A stretch of 64,000 nucleotides of DNA from an uncultured Parachlamydiaceae bacterium. Lineage in GTDB: Bacteria > Chlamydiota > Chlamydiia > Chlamydiales > Parachlamydiaceae. The position numbers and the translations under genes are program-made. The notes beneath the pieces are model-generated. The model made no database searches, was not told where the DNA came from, and was given only the letters and a program-made list of their open reading frames with translations. Positions 1 to 8,930 of the stretch are shown in pieces; positions within the stretch are counted from its first letter, which is position 1, and each line of letters opens with the position of its first letter. Location: NCBI GenBank assembly GCA_963742415.1, contig CAVULX010000004.1:832001-896000 (forward strand). Direction: 5' to 3'.

Positions 1-1194
1 ATTGTCAACTCTGTAAAGACCCGTCTAACCCCACACAAACCTATGGGTTGTTTTATTTCCGGCGGGTTGGGTTCGGCTTGCATTGCCCACTATGTGAATG
101 AACTCAAAGAAAATCGCCCTCTCTACGGGTATACCGCAGGCTATGAAGGGCAAAATGAAGCGGATGTTTTAGCGGCTAAAGCTGTCGCCAAAACTCTAGG
201 CATTCCCCACTCGATTGAAATGATCACCCCTGACAACTTTCTGGATAACCTCGTCGAAATCGCTTGGTATCTGGACGAACCTCTGGCAGATCCTAATGTC
301 ATTTCTTTGTGGCGAATGGCTGAAAAAGCCACCGAAAAAACAAATAAAGTTTTTTCCGGAATGGGAAGCGATGAATTGTTTGCAGGGCACAGCCGCTATT
401 CACTCGAGGAGATCAAATTCAGCTGGTCTTCGCAAATGCAAAAAAAATTGATCCAAGCATTTGGGAAGGTGGCAATTCCTCCATTAAACTACATTCATCC
501 CGCGTGGGCCTATCTGTTGCTGAAGAAGTCTCGGACAAATGCTTGGCAATTTGATTATTTGCGGCAAAATGCAATATTTAACGAAAAAAATTTACAACGA
601 GCCTCCCCTAAACTTGGAAAGCTTTTTGATCCGGAAGTTTTTTTGCATAAATTCCACAACTTATCGCGGATCCAATCCACCGTTTCCTCGTTTCTTTATT
701 TCGATGTTAAAACTCGTTTGGCCGATTGCTTCATTCTACAACTGGAGAGGTTGACAGCTGCGCAGAAATTGGATTGGTCCCCTCCGTTCTTAGACCGGCA
801 CATTTTAGAATATCTGGCCGGATTGCCTGAGCCTGATCAACTTAGCGAAAAAGATACAGCACTCTATCTCAAAGCTTTGTTGCAAGATGTTTTTCCGCCT
901 AGCATCGTCGATCGTCCCAAGCGCACAAGAAGGGATTTTTTGAAAACATGGGTGCATCACCCCAAACTGGCGTCGCTTCTTACTATGTTAACAAAAGGGA
1001 CGTTAGTGGAAACAGGTTTGATTTCCGAATCTTGGCTTTTAGTTCAATTAGAAACGCCCCAAACCCGGGAAGCTCACTTTAAAGAATTGTGGGCCTTGCT
1101 TATGTTGGAAATTTGGTTCAAGCTTTACATTAACCGCCCGATCCAGGCTCCTCCCGTTTCTCTGGAGGTAAAGGAATTATTATTAGAAACTTAG
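1..1194 (+). CDS. Asparagine synthetase (glutamine-hydrolysing)-family protein, C-terminal synthetase domain; 5'-truncated by the window edge
   Basis: Frame is open from base 1. Motifs ISGGLGS (variant of SGGLDS), LDEPLAD, SGMGSDELFAGH, PFLD, and C-terminal LWALLMLEIW. Confidence 0.8.
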   Translation: MVNSVKTRLTPHKPMGCFISGGLGSACIAHYVNELKENRPLYGYTAGYEGQNEADVLAAKAVAKTLGIPHSIEMITPDNFLDNLVEIAWYLDEPLADPNVISLWRMAEKATEKTNKVFSGMGSDELFAGHSRYSLEEIKFSWSSQMQKKLIQAFGKVAIPPLNYIHPAWAYLLLKKSRTNAWQFDYLRQNAIFNEKNLQRASPKLGKLFDPEVFLHKFHNLSRIQSTVSSFLYFDVKTRLADCFILQLERLTAAQKLDWSPPFLDRHILEYLAGLPEPDQLSEKDTALYLKALLQDVFPPSIVDRPKRTRRDFLKTWVHHPKLASLLTMLTKGTLVETGLISESWLLVQLETPQTREAHFKELWALLMLEIWFKLYINRPIQAPPVSLEVKELLLET

Positions 1195-1203
1195 GAATCC
1201 GTT

Positions 1204-2196
1204 ATGGAAAAAAGCCGTTTAAATGTAGTCCAAGTAAATCAAATGGCGCAACAAAGTGAAAAGAAATCTTCTTATGCCGGCGGAAAAAAAAGGAGGCTTG
1301 AAGTTCAAGCCTATTTTGACCGTTTGTGGCTGGTAGATTCCCATCAGTTTGATCCTCTGCGAAACTGCATGGAAAGGGAGAGGCTGGATCGAACAATGGA
1401 ATTGATCACCCGCGAAGGGGATTTGAAAGGAAAAAAAATCGTCGATTTAGGGTGTGGTGCGGGAGTGCTCAGCAAAAGGTTAAGAGATGCAGGAGCTTTT
1501 GTTGATGCGGTCGATATCTCTGAAAATGCATTAAAAAAATTAAACGTGGGTGACATAAGCCAAATTCACCCCATTCAAGATTATGTTCCGGTGACAACAC
1601 TGAAAGATGATGCCTACGATTTTGTGGTTTGCACAGAACTGATTGGCTATCTGCAGCCGGATGAATACCGCTTATTTTTTTCTGAATTAGCCAGGTTGGT
1701 TAAGCCGAATGGATATGTTGTTTGCTCCACATCCATAGATATCAACTCTGAAGATGCTCTGCAAAAGTTTGCTGACTTCGCCGAAACGGACATTGAAATT
1801 TCACAATGGGTCTTGAGCTACCACCGCTGCTATATCCGCTTAAAAGACTTATTTGAGATCCCATCCAAGTACAGCAGAGCCCATCGCGATCCAGAATTTC
1901 AAATGAAAGAAATGAAAAATCGTTCAGCTTTTGGAAAATGGTGGTTTAAGATCAACAGTGCGATCCCCCTTGTTTTTGTCTGGCGCGGCCTGAGCTTTGT
2001 TTTCAGCCCCCTCGTTTCGATGCTCAAAAACAACCGATCGTTTTTGCTTTTCTTAGAAAGAATTTGCCATTCGATTTGGCACGAAAGCGGGGTGAGTCAA
2101 GCCATTTTTATCGGAAAGCGGCGCAAGATATTTCAGCCCCTTCCTAAAGATCAAATTCCTCGGGAAACCAAACATAAGAAGCAGGTCTGGGAATAA
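1204..2196 (+). CDS. Class I SAM-dependent methyltransferase (UbiG-like fold)
   Basis: Motif I IVDLGCGAG, AVDIS, YDFVVCTELIGY, LVKPNG. Confidence 0.8.
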   Translation: MEKSRLNVVQVNQMAQQSEKKSSYAGGKKRRLEVQAYFDRLWLVDSHQFDPLRNCMERERLDRTMELITREGDLKGKKIVDLGCGAGVLSKRLRDAGAFVDAVDISENALKKLNVGDISQIHPIQDYVPVTTLKDDAYDFVVCTELIGYLQPDEYRLFFSELARLVKPNGYVVCSTSIDINSEDALQKFADFAETDIEISQWVLSYHRCYIRLKDLFEIPSKYSRAHRDPEFQMKEMKNRSAFGKWWFKINSAIPLVFVWRGLSFVFSPLVSMLKNNRSFLLFLERICHSIWHESGVSQAIFIGKRRKIFQPLPKDQIPRETKHKKQVWE

Positions 2197-2200
2197 AAAA

Positions 2201-2299
2201 GCCGAAGATTGTCCCAAGGCATAAGGTGGGATTCTTAAGGCTGCTACATTCCTGTCCTGACCTAGTTCGAATTACCCTATTCCATGGGGTCCCCGGCCG
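2201..2299 (-). ncRNA. ffs: Signal recognition particle RNA (4.5S)
   Basis: Minus strand reads GCCGGGGA...GGUCAGGACAGGAAUGUAGCAGCC...UCUUCGGC. This contains the conserved SRP helix-8 CAGG/GGAA/AGCAG pattern, the ends pair, length is ~100 nt, and a T-run follows. Confidence 0.9.
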
Positions 2300-2364
2300 A
2301 TAAAAATTATATTGTATAGAAGATTTAAACTAAAGAAATAAATGGTTTTAAAGCCAGATGCATT

Positions 2365-2641
2365 TAGTCGATGCTGAATTAGTAATTTCCCGTAAAAATG
2401 ATGGTATGAATACATTTTTGATAGGGCTTTTAGCATCAAAAGCCTGCAAATTTTTACCCGAAATTGTCCTCTATGAAAAAAAGGATTTTATGCCGTCCTT
2501 TCAGGACTCTGTTTTTTTTTTGCATTTTACCCAGGTCGAAGCGAAGCGAAGGCCTGGGTAAAATGCAAAAAAAAACAGAGTCCTGAAAGGACGGCATAAA
2601 ATCCTTATTTGTTGATATAGATGTTAAACCAGCATCGACTA
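2365..2641. mobile_element. Putative MITE: TA-GTCGATGCTG...CAGCATCGAC-TA ends enclosing a long palindrome
   Basis: Perfect 12-bp terminal inverted repeat including TA at both ends (2365-2376 / 2630-2641); no transposase inside. Confidence 0.45.
2481..2606. repeat. Long near-perfect palindrome (55/54-bp arms, 17-nt loop containing CGAAG x3), REP-like
   Basis: Arm 2481-2535 is the reverse complement of 2553-2606 except T10 vs A9. Confidence 0.95.
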
Positions 2642-2766
2642 TTTAGAACTTAATTTTACGGCAAAACCTTTTCATCGATTTATCCCCAATGCTTTTTTCA
2701 TCGGAAAACTTGGATTGCACACACCCATTGATGGTTTTTGAATTTTTTTTGTATATAAATATTTTT

Positions 2767-3378
2767 TCATCGTGAGACCTGATTCATTAATGAATCGTAA
2801 AAGTCTTCCCGTTTCCCGGGCCACGTGGCTGTATCCCGTTCGACCTCTTCAAATTCAGGAACAGAATCAAAAAAGTTATCCTGGATATAAAAACGGCATC
2901 TCACGCAGGGTTCATAACTTATTTCACTTTTATCGTTCCAGTAGTCATCGTCATCCCCATTATAATCTTCTTCATTATCATCATCATCAAGTCCTTCCAT
3001 TTTGACCGGATTGATTTCCCCTTTGCTATCTTGCTTTTCCAAAGGATCGCAATCACCTAACAAACAGCGGCGGTCATTCTTTTTTTTAAGAGATTGACGT
3101 TTTTCAATGCTTCTCCGTTCATCCAATTTTCGTGCAGCTTGATTCGGGAGAACATCTTCATCATTTTGGATGGCTGGGAATCGTTCGCTATTGAGAGTTT
3201 CGGGAGATTCTTTTTCAGATTCCTGTTCTGGTTGCTGATCCTCTTGATTTGTGTCAAGGGATTGGGCAAAAGTGACTGAGATAGTTAATGAACTTGTCAG
3301 TATCGCGAAAGCAAGTAATAATCTCATAATCCTCCATTTCTTCAACGCATTTGAACTTGATCTCTTTTTGCATGTCAA
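2767..3378 (-). CDS. Hypothetical exported acidic protein (true start probably at MRLLLAF)
   Basis: Signal-peptide-like segment RLLLAFAILTSSLTISVTFAQ, Asp/Glu-rich tract, CxxC. Confidence 0.6.
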   Translation of the reverse strand: MTCKKRSSSNALKKWRIMRLLLAFAILTSSLTISVTFAQSLDTNQEDQQPEQESEKESPETLNSERFPAIQNDEDVLPNQAARKLDERRSIEKRQSLKKKNDRRCLLGDCDPLEKQDSKGEINPVKMEGLDDDDNEEDYNGDDDDYWNDKSEISYEPCVRCRFYIQDNFFDSVPEFEEVERDTATWPGKREDFYDSLMNQVSR

Positions 3379-3436
3379 ACATTAATTTTTCAATCTTTTT
3401 GACTTCCTAAGGGCAGCTTGCTAATATCTTGAGCTT

Positions 3437-5623
3437 ATGGATCAAATTTGCGGCTACATTGAAAGAGTTACCTATCAAAATCCTGAAAACGGGTACACGG
3501 TTGCTCAATTGCAAGAAGGATCTCGAGCCGAATTGGTTTGCATTGTAGGCATTATGCCTGCCCTCCAACCCGGAGAAACCATCCGCTGCCAGGGGGCTTG
3601 GAAAAGGCATCTCATCCACGGCAAACAGTTTTCCGTTGCAGAATATAAACAAGAGGTCCCTGCAGATGTTGTGGGGATTGAAAAATATCTTGGATCGGGG
3701 CTCATCAAAGGGATTGGGCCTTCCTATGCCAAAAAAATTGTCACACATTTTGGTAGAGAGACTTTGGATATCATTGATAGGTTTCCTGACCGCCTTGAAG
3801 AAATCCCAGGGATCGGCCCGAAGCGTGCTGCATTGATAAAATCTTGCTGGCAAGATCAAAAGTCGATCCGCGATGTGATGGTTTTTCTTCAAAGCTACAA
3901 TGTCACGCCAGGCTTTGCGCAAAAAATCTACAAAGTTTATGGAAAAAAGAGCATCGAAATTGTTAAAGAAAATCCTTATGCGCTAGCCCGGGATATCAGA
4001 GGCATCGGCTTCAAAACCGCCGACCATCTCGCCTCCAACTTGGGAATTTTAAAAGAAGCCCCGCAAAGGATCGATGCAGGCGTTGAATATGTCCTCGGTA
4101 ACCTTGCTGAGGATGGGCATGTTTGTGTTCCGGTCGATGAATTTCTACGTATTGCTCAAGAGATTCTAGAAGTTCCACAAGACCTGATTAATTCTCGCCT
4201 TGCCGCTCTAAATGAAGAGTCGAGAATTGTCGTTGCCAATCAAGTTTATGAAGGGGAGCTTCAGTCTTTTATTTGGTTGAAATCCCTGCACACAGCAGAG
4301 TCGGGAATCGTGCGGGAACTTTTACGTCTCAAAAAAAGCCCCTGCTTTCTTCGTCAAGTCGAGGCTGATAAGGCTCTGCTATGGGTCCAAGAAAACCTCA
4401 ACATCCGTCTAGCAGAAAAACAGGCTCAAGCCGTCCATACTGCTGTTTCAGAAAAGATGCAAGTCATCACGGGTGGACCCGGAACTGGAAAAAGCACCAT
4501 TACCAAAGCCATTTTGGCGATTACAAAAAAGCTGACCTCACGCATCCTCTTATGCGCCCCTACAGGACGTGCTGCCAAGCGGATGGGGGAAATCACCCAG
4601 CATAAAGCTGTTACCATTCATAGTTTGCTTGAATATGATTTTAAAGCCGGGGCATTTAAACGGAATCGATCTAATCCTCTAGAATGTGACTTATTAATCG
4701 TTGATGAAGCGAGCATGATCGATACCGTCCTCATGCACAGCTTATTAAAAGCGATTCCCAATGAAGCCCGGGTGATTTTTGTCGGTGATATTTATCAACT
4801 GCCAAGTGTGGGCCCGGGAAATGTTTTAAAAGACGTGATTGCTTCTAAATTTATTCCCGTTACACTTTTGAATGAGATCTTCAGACAAGCAGCCGGCTCG
4901 CGGATTATTACCAATGCCCACAAGATAAATAGCGGCTTGATGCCCGATTGCCAGAATTCCTCCGATAGTGATTTCTTTTTCCTTGAAGTTGAAAATCCAG
5001 AGGATATTCTTAAAAACATCATTGGATTGGTCTCTCAGCGCCTCCCTCAAAAATATGGTTTTAACCCTTTTCACCAAATTCAAGTTTTGGCTCCGATGAA
5101 AAGAGGGATTATCGGAACAGAGAATTTGAATGTTAAATTACAAGAGATCTTGAATCCCAAAAGTGACTTTTTGATGCGTGGAGGGAACCGTTTTTTAATA
5201 GGCGATAAGATTATGCAGACACGCAACGACTACAAAAAAGGGGTGTTTAATGGAGACATCGGAATGATCAAAAATATTGATTCCATTGAGCAGGAGGTAG
5301 TAGTGCAAATCGAGGAAAAGGATGTGATTTATGAATTCCATGAACTGGATGACCTTGTTTTGGCCTATGCGGTCTCTATACACAAATACCAAGGAAGTGA
5401 ATGCCCTTGCATCGTAATGCCTATTCATACGGCACATTTTAAACTTTTGCATAGGAATCTCGTTTATACTGGAGTCACCCGTGGCAAACAATTAGTCGTC
5501 ATCGTTGGAACAAAAAAAGCTTTAGGCATCGCTGTGAGAAATGACGAAGTCAAGCGCCGCTATACCGGCTTATTCGCAAACCTTATTGACAGCCAAACCG
5601 TCCCTTTAAGAGCACTGCAATGA
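3437..5623 (+). CDS. recD2: ATP-dependent RecD-like DNA helicase RecD2
   Basis: N-terminal HhH motifs (IKGIGP, IPGIGP), Walker A GGPGTGKS, VDEASM, GDIYQLPSVG, AYAVSIHKYQGSE, YTGVTR. Confidence 0.95.
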   Translation: MDQICGYIERVTYQNPENGYTVAQLQEGSRAELVCIVGIMPALQPGETIRCQGAWKRHLIHGKQFSVAEYKQEVPADVVGIEKYLGSGLIKGIGPSYAKKIVTHFGRETLDIIDRFPDRLEEIPGIGPKRAALIKSCWQDQKSIRDVMVFLQSYNVTPGFAQKIYKVYGKKSIEIVKENPYALARDIRGIGFKTADHLASNLGILKEAPQRIDAGVEYVLGNLAEDGHVCVPVDEFLRIAQEILEVPQDLINSRLAALNEESRIVVANQVYEGELQSFIWLKSLHTAESGIVRELLRLKKSPCFLRQVEADKALLWVQENLNIRLAEKQAQAVHTAVSEKMQVITGGPGTGKSTITKAILAITKKLTSRILLCAPTGRAAKRMGEITQHKAVTIHSLLEYDFKAGAFKRNRSNPLECDLLIVDEASMIDTVLMHSLLKAIPNEARVIFVGDIYQLPSVGPGNVLKDVIASKFIPVTLLNEIFRQAAGSRIITNAHKINSGLMPDCQNSSDSDFFFLEVENPEDILKNIIGLVSQRLPQKYGFNPFHQIQVLAPMKRGIIGTENLNVKLQEILNPKSDFLMRGGNRFLIGDKIMQTRNDYKKGVFNGDIGMIKNIDSIEQEVVVQIEEKDVIYEFHELDDLVLAYAVSIHKYQGSECPCIVMPIHTAHFKLLHRNLVYTGVTRGKQLVVIVGTKKALGIAVRNDEVKRRYTGLFANLIDSQTVPLRALQ

Positions 5624-6690
5624 AAAAAAAACCGAGACTATCAAAGCAAACCCAAAAGTCCCTTCGCACTTTTCGGAAAGTTTTCTTGACGCTTGCTTTT
5701 CTTCTCATCACCCTATCTTCCTATTGGGCTTCGGAGCATTTCGTTCGAGTTGAGCTTCCCTCTTCTGATCATCCCCCGGCATTGTATGCCAACCAAGCCC
5801 ATCAAGACCTGCGGCAAACTTTTGTTCAAGGGATTAAACAAGCTAAAGAGTCAGTCAATCTCGTTATCTACACCTTGACAGACCATGCCATCATCCAAGC
5901 TTTGCGGGATAAAGCAGATGAAGGGATCCAAGTCAAAGTCCTTGTCGACGGAAAAGCCACCCCATTCATAGACCGGAAACTGGGACCAAAAGTCGAAGTT
6001 GTAAAACGGTATGCAGATGGGATCATGCACATGAAAATTTTAATGATCGATCACGCGTTGACTTTCGTCGGCTCTGCCAATATGACAGGTGAATCTCTGC
6101 AAATGCATGGCAATTTAGTGACAGCCTTAAATAGTCCTGCATTTGCAGCATATGTGAAAAAAAAGATTGATACCTTGCCTGAAGAAGGGCCCGCTCCTCC
6201 CTTTTCAGAATCCAAGTTCGTGTTTGCCAATCAACCTCTTGAAATGTGGTTCCTTCCTGATAAGCGGGACGCCTCCACACGTATCAAACAATTGATAGGC
6301 TCGGCCAACAAGACAATTCGTATCGCCATGTTTACATGGACACGTATGGATTTCGCCGAAGCTATAGTGGCAAAAGCCAAGGAGGGGGTCAAAGTGGAAG
6401 TTGCTATGGATCATTATTCAGGAAAAGGGACTAGCGCCAAAGTTGTCGATTATTTAAAAAAGAGTGGGATTCCAGTCCGCCTTAGCACTGGAACAGCCCT
6501 GCTGCATTATAAATTTCTTTATATTGATGATCAGGTGCTTGTCAACGGGTCGGCTAATTGGACAAAAGCTGCTTTCACCCAAAACGACGACTGTTTCTTT
6601 GTTCTAACTAATTTGACAGAGGAACAAAAAAAGCACATGAATTTTTTGTGGACCCAGATCATTGCAGAAACTAACCTTGCTGCTCTTTGA
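5620..6690 (+). CDS. Phospholipase D superfamily protein (two HKD motifs, N-terminal membrane anchor)
   Basis: HMKILMID...GSANMT and HYKFLYID...GSANWT; start overlaps the recD2 stop (ATGA). Confidence 0.9.
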   Translation: MKKKPRLSKQTQKSLRTFRKVFLTLAFLLITLSSYWASEHFVRVELPSSDHPPALYANQAHQDLRQTFVQGIKQAKESVNLVIYTLTDHAIIQALRDKADEGIQVKVLVDGKATPFIDRKLGPKVEVVKRYADGIMHMKILMIDHALTFVGSANMTGESLQMHGNLVTALNSPAFAAYVKKKIDTLPEEGPAPPFSESKFVFANQPLEMWFLPDKRDASTRIKQLIGSANKTIRIAMFTWTRMDFAEAIVAKAKEGVKVEVAMDHYSGKGTSAKVVDYLKKSGIPVRLSTGTALLHYKFLYIDDQVLVNGSANWTKAAFTQNDDCFFVLTNLTEEQKKHMNFLWTQIIAETNLAAL

Positions 6691-6712
6691 CTCTGTGTAC
6701 GTGTGGTGAAAA
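6691..6712. repeat. Degenerate half-copy of the 9-nt-periodic repeat family
   Basis: CTCTGTGTACGTGTGGTGAAAA directly after the PLD stop; resembles the right arm at 18871-18884. Confidence 0.45.
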
Positions 6713-6729
6713 TTGCGCAGTATGATTTG

Positions 6730-7569
6730 CTAATTAACGTAAATGATGCCCTGGATTTTAGGGTTACCTAGTTCAGACCCAGCAACAATCACCCGCAAAC
6801 GGGGAAAAACTTCTAAATCGGCCCACTCATGAGAATGACCACAAAGCACCAAGACCTGGTGCTCAGGATGGGCTTTGATGACTCTTTCTAAGGCATCCCC
6901 AACAGCTTGACAGACAAAGTGGGGAGCCCAGTTGTCATTGCACTCTTTCCCATTGTAGAAGCAGGCTTGCCTATAGGGCGGGACGTGTGTTAAAACTATT
7001 ACTTTTTGATAACTTTTGAAGGCAGTTGTTAAGGTTTTTTCCAAATAATCTGCAGCTTCACTTCCTAACTTATTGAGCACCCGCTCCCTTTCAGTGGGAT
7101 GCATGTTTTTTAATTCATCAATCAGAAAATAATCATTTAATAAAACATCAGATTGCAAAAAATGACCTGCTCTTGCATCTGCCCAGCCATCATGTCCAAT
7201 TAACGCTGTGGAGGGTGTTAATTGGATGACTCCCTTCTCTGTCAAATAACAAATATTAGTTTCATGTTCAGATAGCTTTTTAGTCATTTTCCGAATCGTA
7301 TAAATGGACCCATAGTAATAATCATGATTGCCCAACACAAAATAAAAGGGTTTCTTAACCGTATTTGAAATAGATTTCAGAAAAAGCAACGAATTGACCC
7401 CATTGCTAATGTCGCCTCCTATCAAAACTGCATCGGGGTTCTCACGAATGACTGTATTGCAAAAATCGATGTGTCGATCCACCTCAGCAGTATCAAAATG
7501 GAGGTCCGTCGTCCATATCAACTTTACCTTTTTTTCTTCATTGGGCGAGCCAAAAAAAATCTCTTTCAT
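6730..7569 (-). CDS. Calcineurin-like metallophosphoesterase (Icc/CpdA-like)
   Basis: TDLH, GGD, GNHD, HVPP and GHSH metal-binding motifs. Confidence 0.9.
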   Translation of the reverse strand: MKEIFFGSPNEEKKVKLIWTTDLHFDTAEVDRHIDFCNTVIRENPDAVLIGGDISNGVNSLLFLKSISNTVKKPFYFVLGNHDYYYGSIYTIRKMTKKLSEHETNICYLTEKGVIQLTPSTALIGHDGWADARAGHFLQSDVLLNDYFLIDELKNMHPTERERVLNKLGSEAADYLEKTLTTAFKSYQKVIVLTHVPPYRQACFYNGKECNDNWAPHFVCQAVGDALERVIKAHPEHQVLVLCGHSHEWADLEVFPRLRVIVAGSELGNPKIQGIIYVN

Positions 7570-7583
7570 TTTTAAACCAAAAC

Positions 7584-8912
7584 TCAGGATGTAAGGATCA
7601 TGTCGGCGAGTTCATTTGGATCGGCAGGTTGTATATCGGAAGTTAAACGGAAGTCTCGAGACAAATAGCCGATGGGGAAATTAGTTTCAAAGCAGAGGTT
7701 GATGATGCTCCCCCAAGAATGGCTCTCATCCAATTTAGTGAAAATAAGAGCTTCAGGATTCATTTTCCTATATGCCCTAATAACTTCAAGTCCATCTTCG
7801 GTCTTGGTATTGGCGCTGATAACAACAAATGTTTTTAGGTCTTCAACTAAATCAAAAGTATTTGAAATTTGATTTAAAGCTGTGCTTTGGTTGGCGGCAA
7901 ATCCTAGGCTGGGAGTGTCGATTAAAATTAAGTCAAATTCTTGATACTTATGAATAGCTTGTTGCAATTCTGGACTATCGGACGCAACACCTAAGGGGAT
8001 CCCCTGCTGATCGCAAAATGCCCTAAGTTGTTCCCCATTTCCCGGTTTATTCGTATTACAGACAACGATCGCTACCTTCCTCCGCAGGGTATGTTGATAT
8101 TGCAAGGCGAGCTTCATCACTGTTGTTGTTTTCCCACTGCCCGAAAGCCCTATAAAAGATGCAAGAGTGGGTGTTCCTTTCGCAATGCATATGGGACCGT
8201 AAGGGGTGATCAAAGCTGCAAGTTCTTTTTTTAACAAATCGTTTAAGAATCCTTCTTTTTGGGTCAATTCAGCAAAATTGATTTTCTCGATTAGCTTTTT
8301 TCGTAAACTGTTTAGAATCGCTTTCGATACCGAGGGAGCTAGCCCTTTTTTTGTCAGTTGAAAAAGAATTTTATGTTCAAGATCCCTTGCGCGCGCTTCA
8401 CCACTTTTTTGAATCCCTTCGATTATGTTGGCAGTAGGCGCAGACTTTGCATCGGCCCACTGCTCTTTGAATTCCGGTGTGTCATATTGATTCTGTAAAT
8501 TTTTCGTCAAACGTTTCAAGTTATCGATCAATGAAGGGATCGACGTTGCAACCATCGGCCTTTCAAGATTGTTTTTTTCCTGAGAACGGACGCTTTTCTC
8601 CTCGAGCCTTCGCCCAAATCGTGGATCTTGATAAGTTGTTTGGGAGTTTGATAAACTTTTGCCGTCTTTGCTCAGATTTTCGTCAGCTGGAACGATAGCT
8701 TTGGATCCACTTTTAGATTCCACAGCAGTTTCAGGAACCAGAAAATCATCGACTGCAGCCACCACTTCCACTTTATTTGAAAAGAATAAAGATTTTAGCC
8801 CTGTGAACTTAATTTGCCGTGAAGTTAAAATCACAGCATTTGGGCCTAATTCTTTTTTCACTAAATTTTCAATTTCATCAAAATTGCTTGCTAAATATCG
8901 TTTAACGATCAC
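7584..8912 (-). CDS. flhF: Flagellar biosynthesis SRP-type GTPase FlhF (divergent)
   Basis: FlhF-type N-terminus (MIVKRY...VKKELGPNAVILTSR...VEVVAA), P-loop GLSGSGKTTT, TKLDE; lies directly downstream of flhA. Confidence 0.85.
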   Translation of the reverse strand: MIVKRYLASNFDEIENLVKKELGPNAVILTSRQIKFTGLKSLFFSNKVEVVAAVDDFLVPETAVESKSGSKAIVPADENLSKDGKSLSNSQTTYQDPRFGRRLEEKSVRSQEKNNLERPMVATSIPSLIDNLKRLTKNLQNQYDTPEFKEQWADAKSAPTANIIEGIQKSGEARARDLEHKILFQLTKKGLAPSVSKAILNSLRKKLIEKINFAELTQKEGFLNDLLKKELAALITPYGPICIAKGTPTLASFIGLSGSGKTTTVMKLALQYQHTLRRKVAIVVCNTNKPGNGEQLRAFCDQQGIPLGVASDSPELQQAIHKYQEFDLILIDTPSLGFAANQSTALNQISNTFDLVEDLKTFVVISANTKTEDGLEVIRAYRKMNPEALIFTKLDESHSWGSIINLCFETNFPIGYLSRDFRLTSDIQPADPNELADMILTS

Positions 8913-8930
8913 GTTCCACCTTTAGGAAGT

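Noticed and set aside
1..1194. Lasso-peptide cyclase
   Set aside because: The AsnB-like fold alone is insufficient; no precursor, B protein or transporter is visible, although the upstream region is outside the window.
2358..2561. 67-aa ORF
   Set aside because: It lies within the palindromic/MITE-like element and is probably incidental.
3437..7569. Anti-phage defence system (helicase + PLD nuclease + phosphoesterase)
   Set aside because: RecD2 and the membrane-anchored double-HKD PLD look like ordinary chlamydial genes, and the phosphoesterase is on the opposite strand in another transcription unit.
2201..8912. Functional link between SRP RNA and SRP-family GTPase FlhF
   Set aside because: FlhF lacks the RNA-binding M domain; the 5-kb proximity is likely coincidental.
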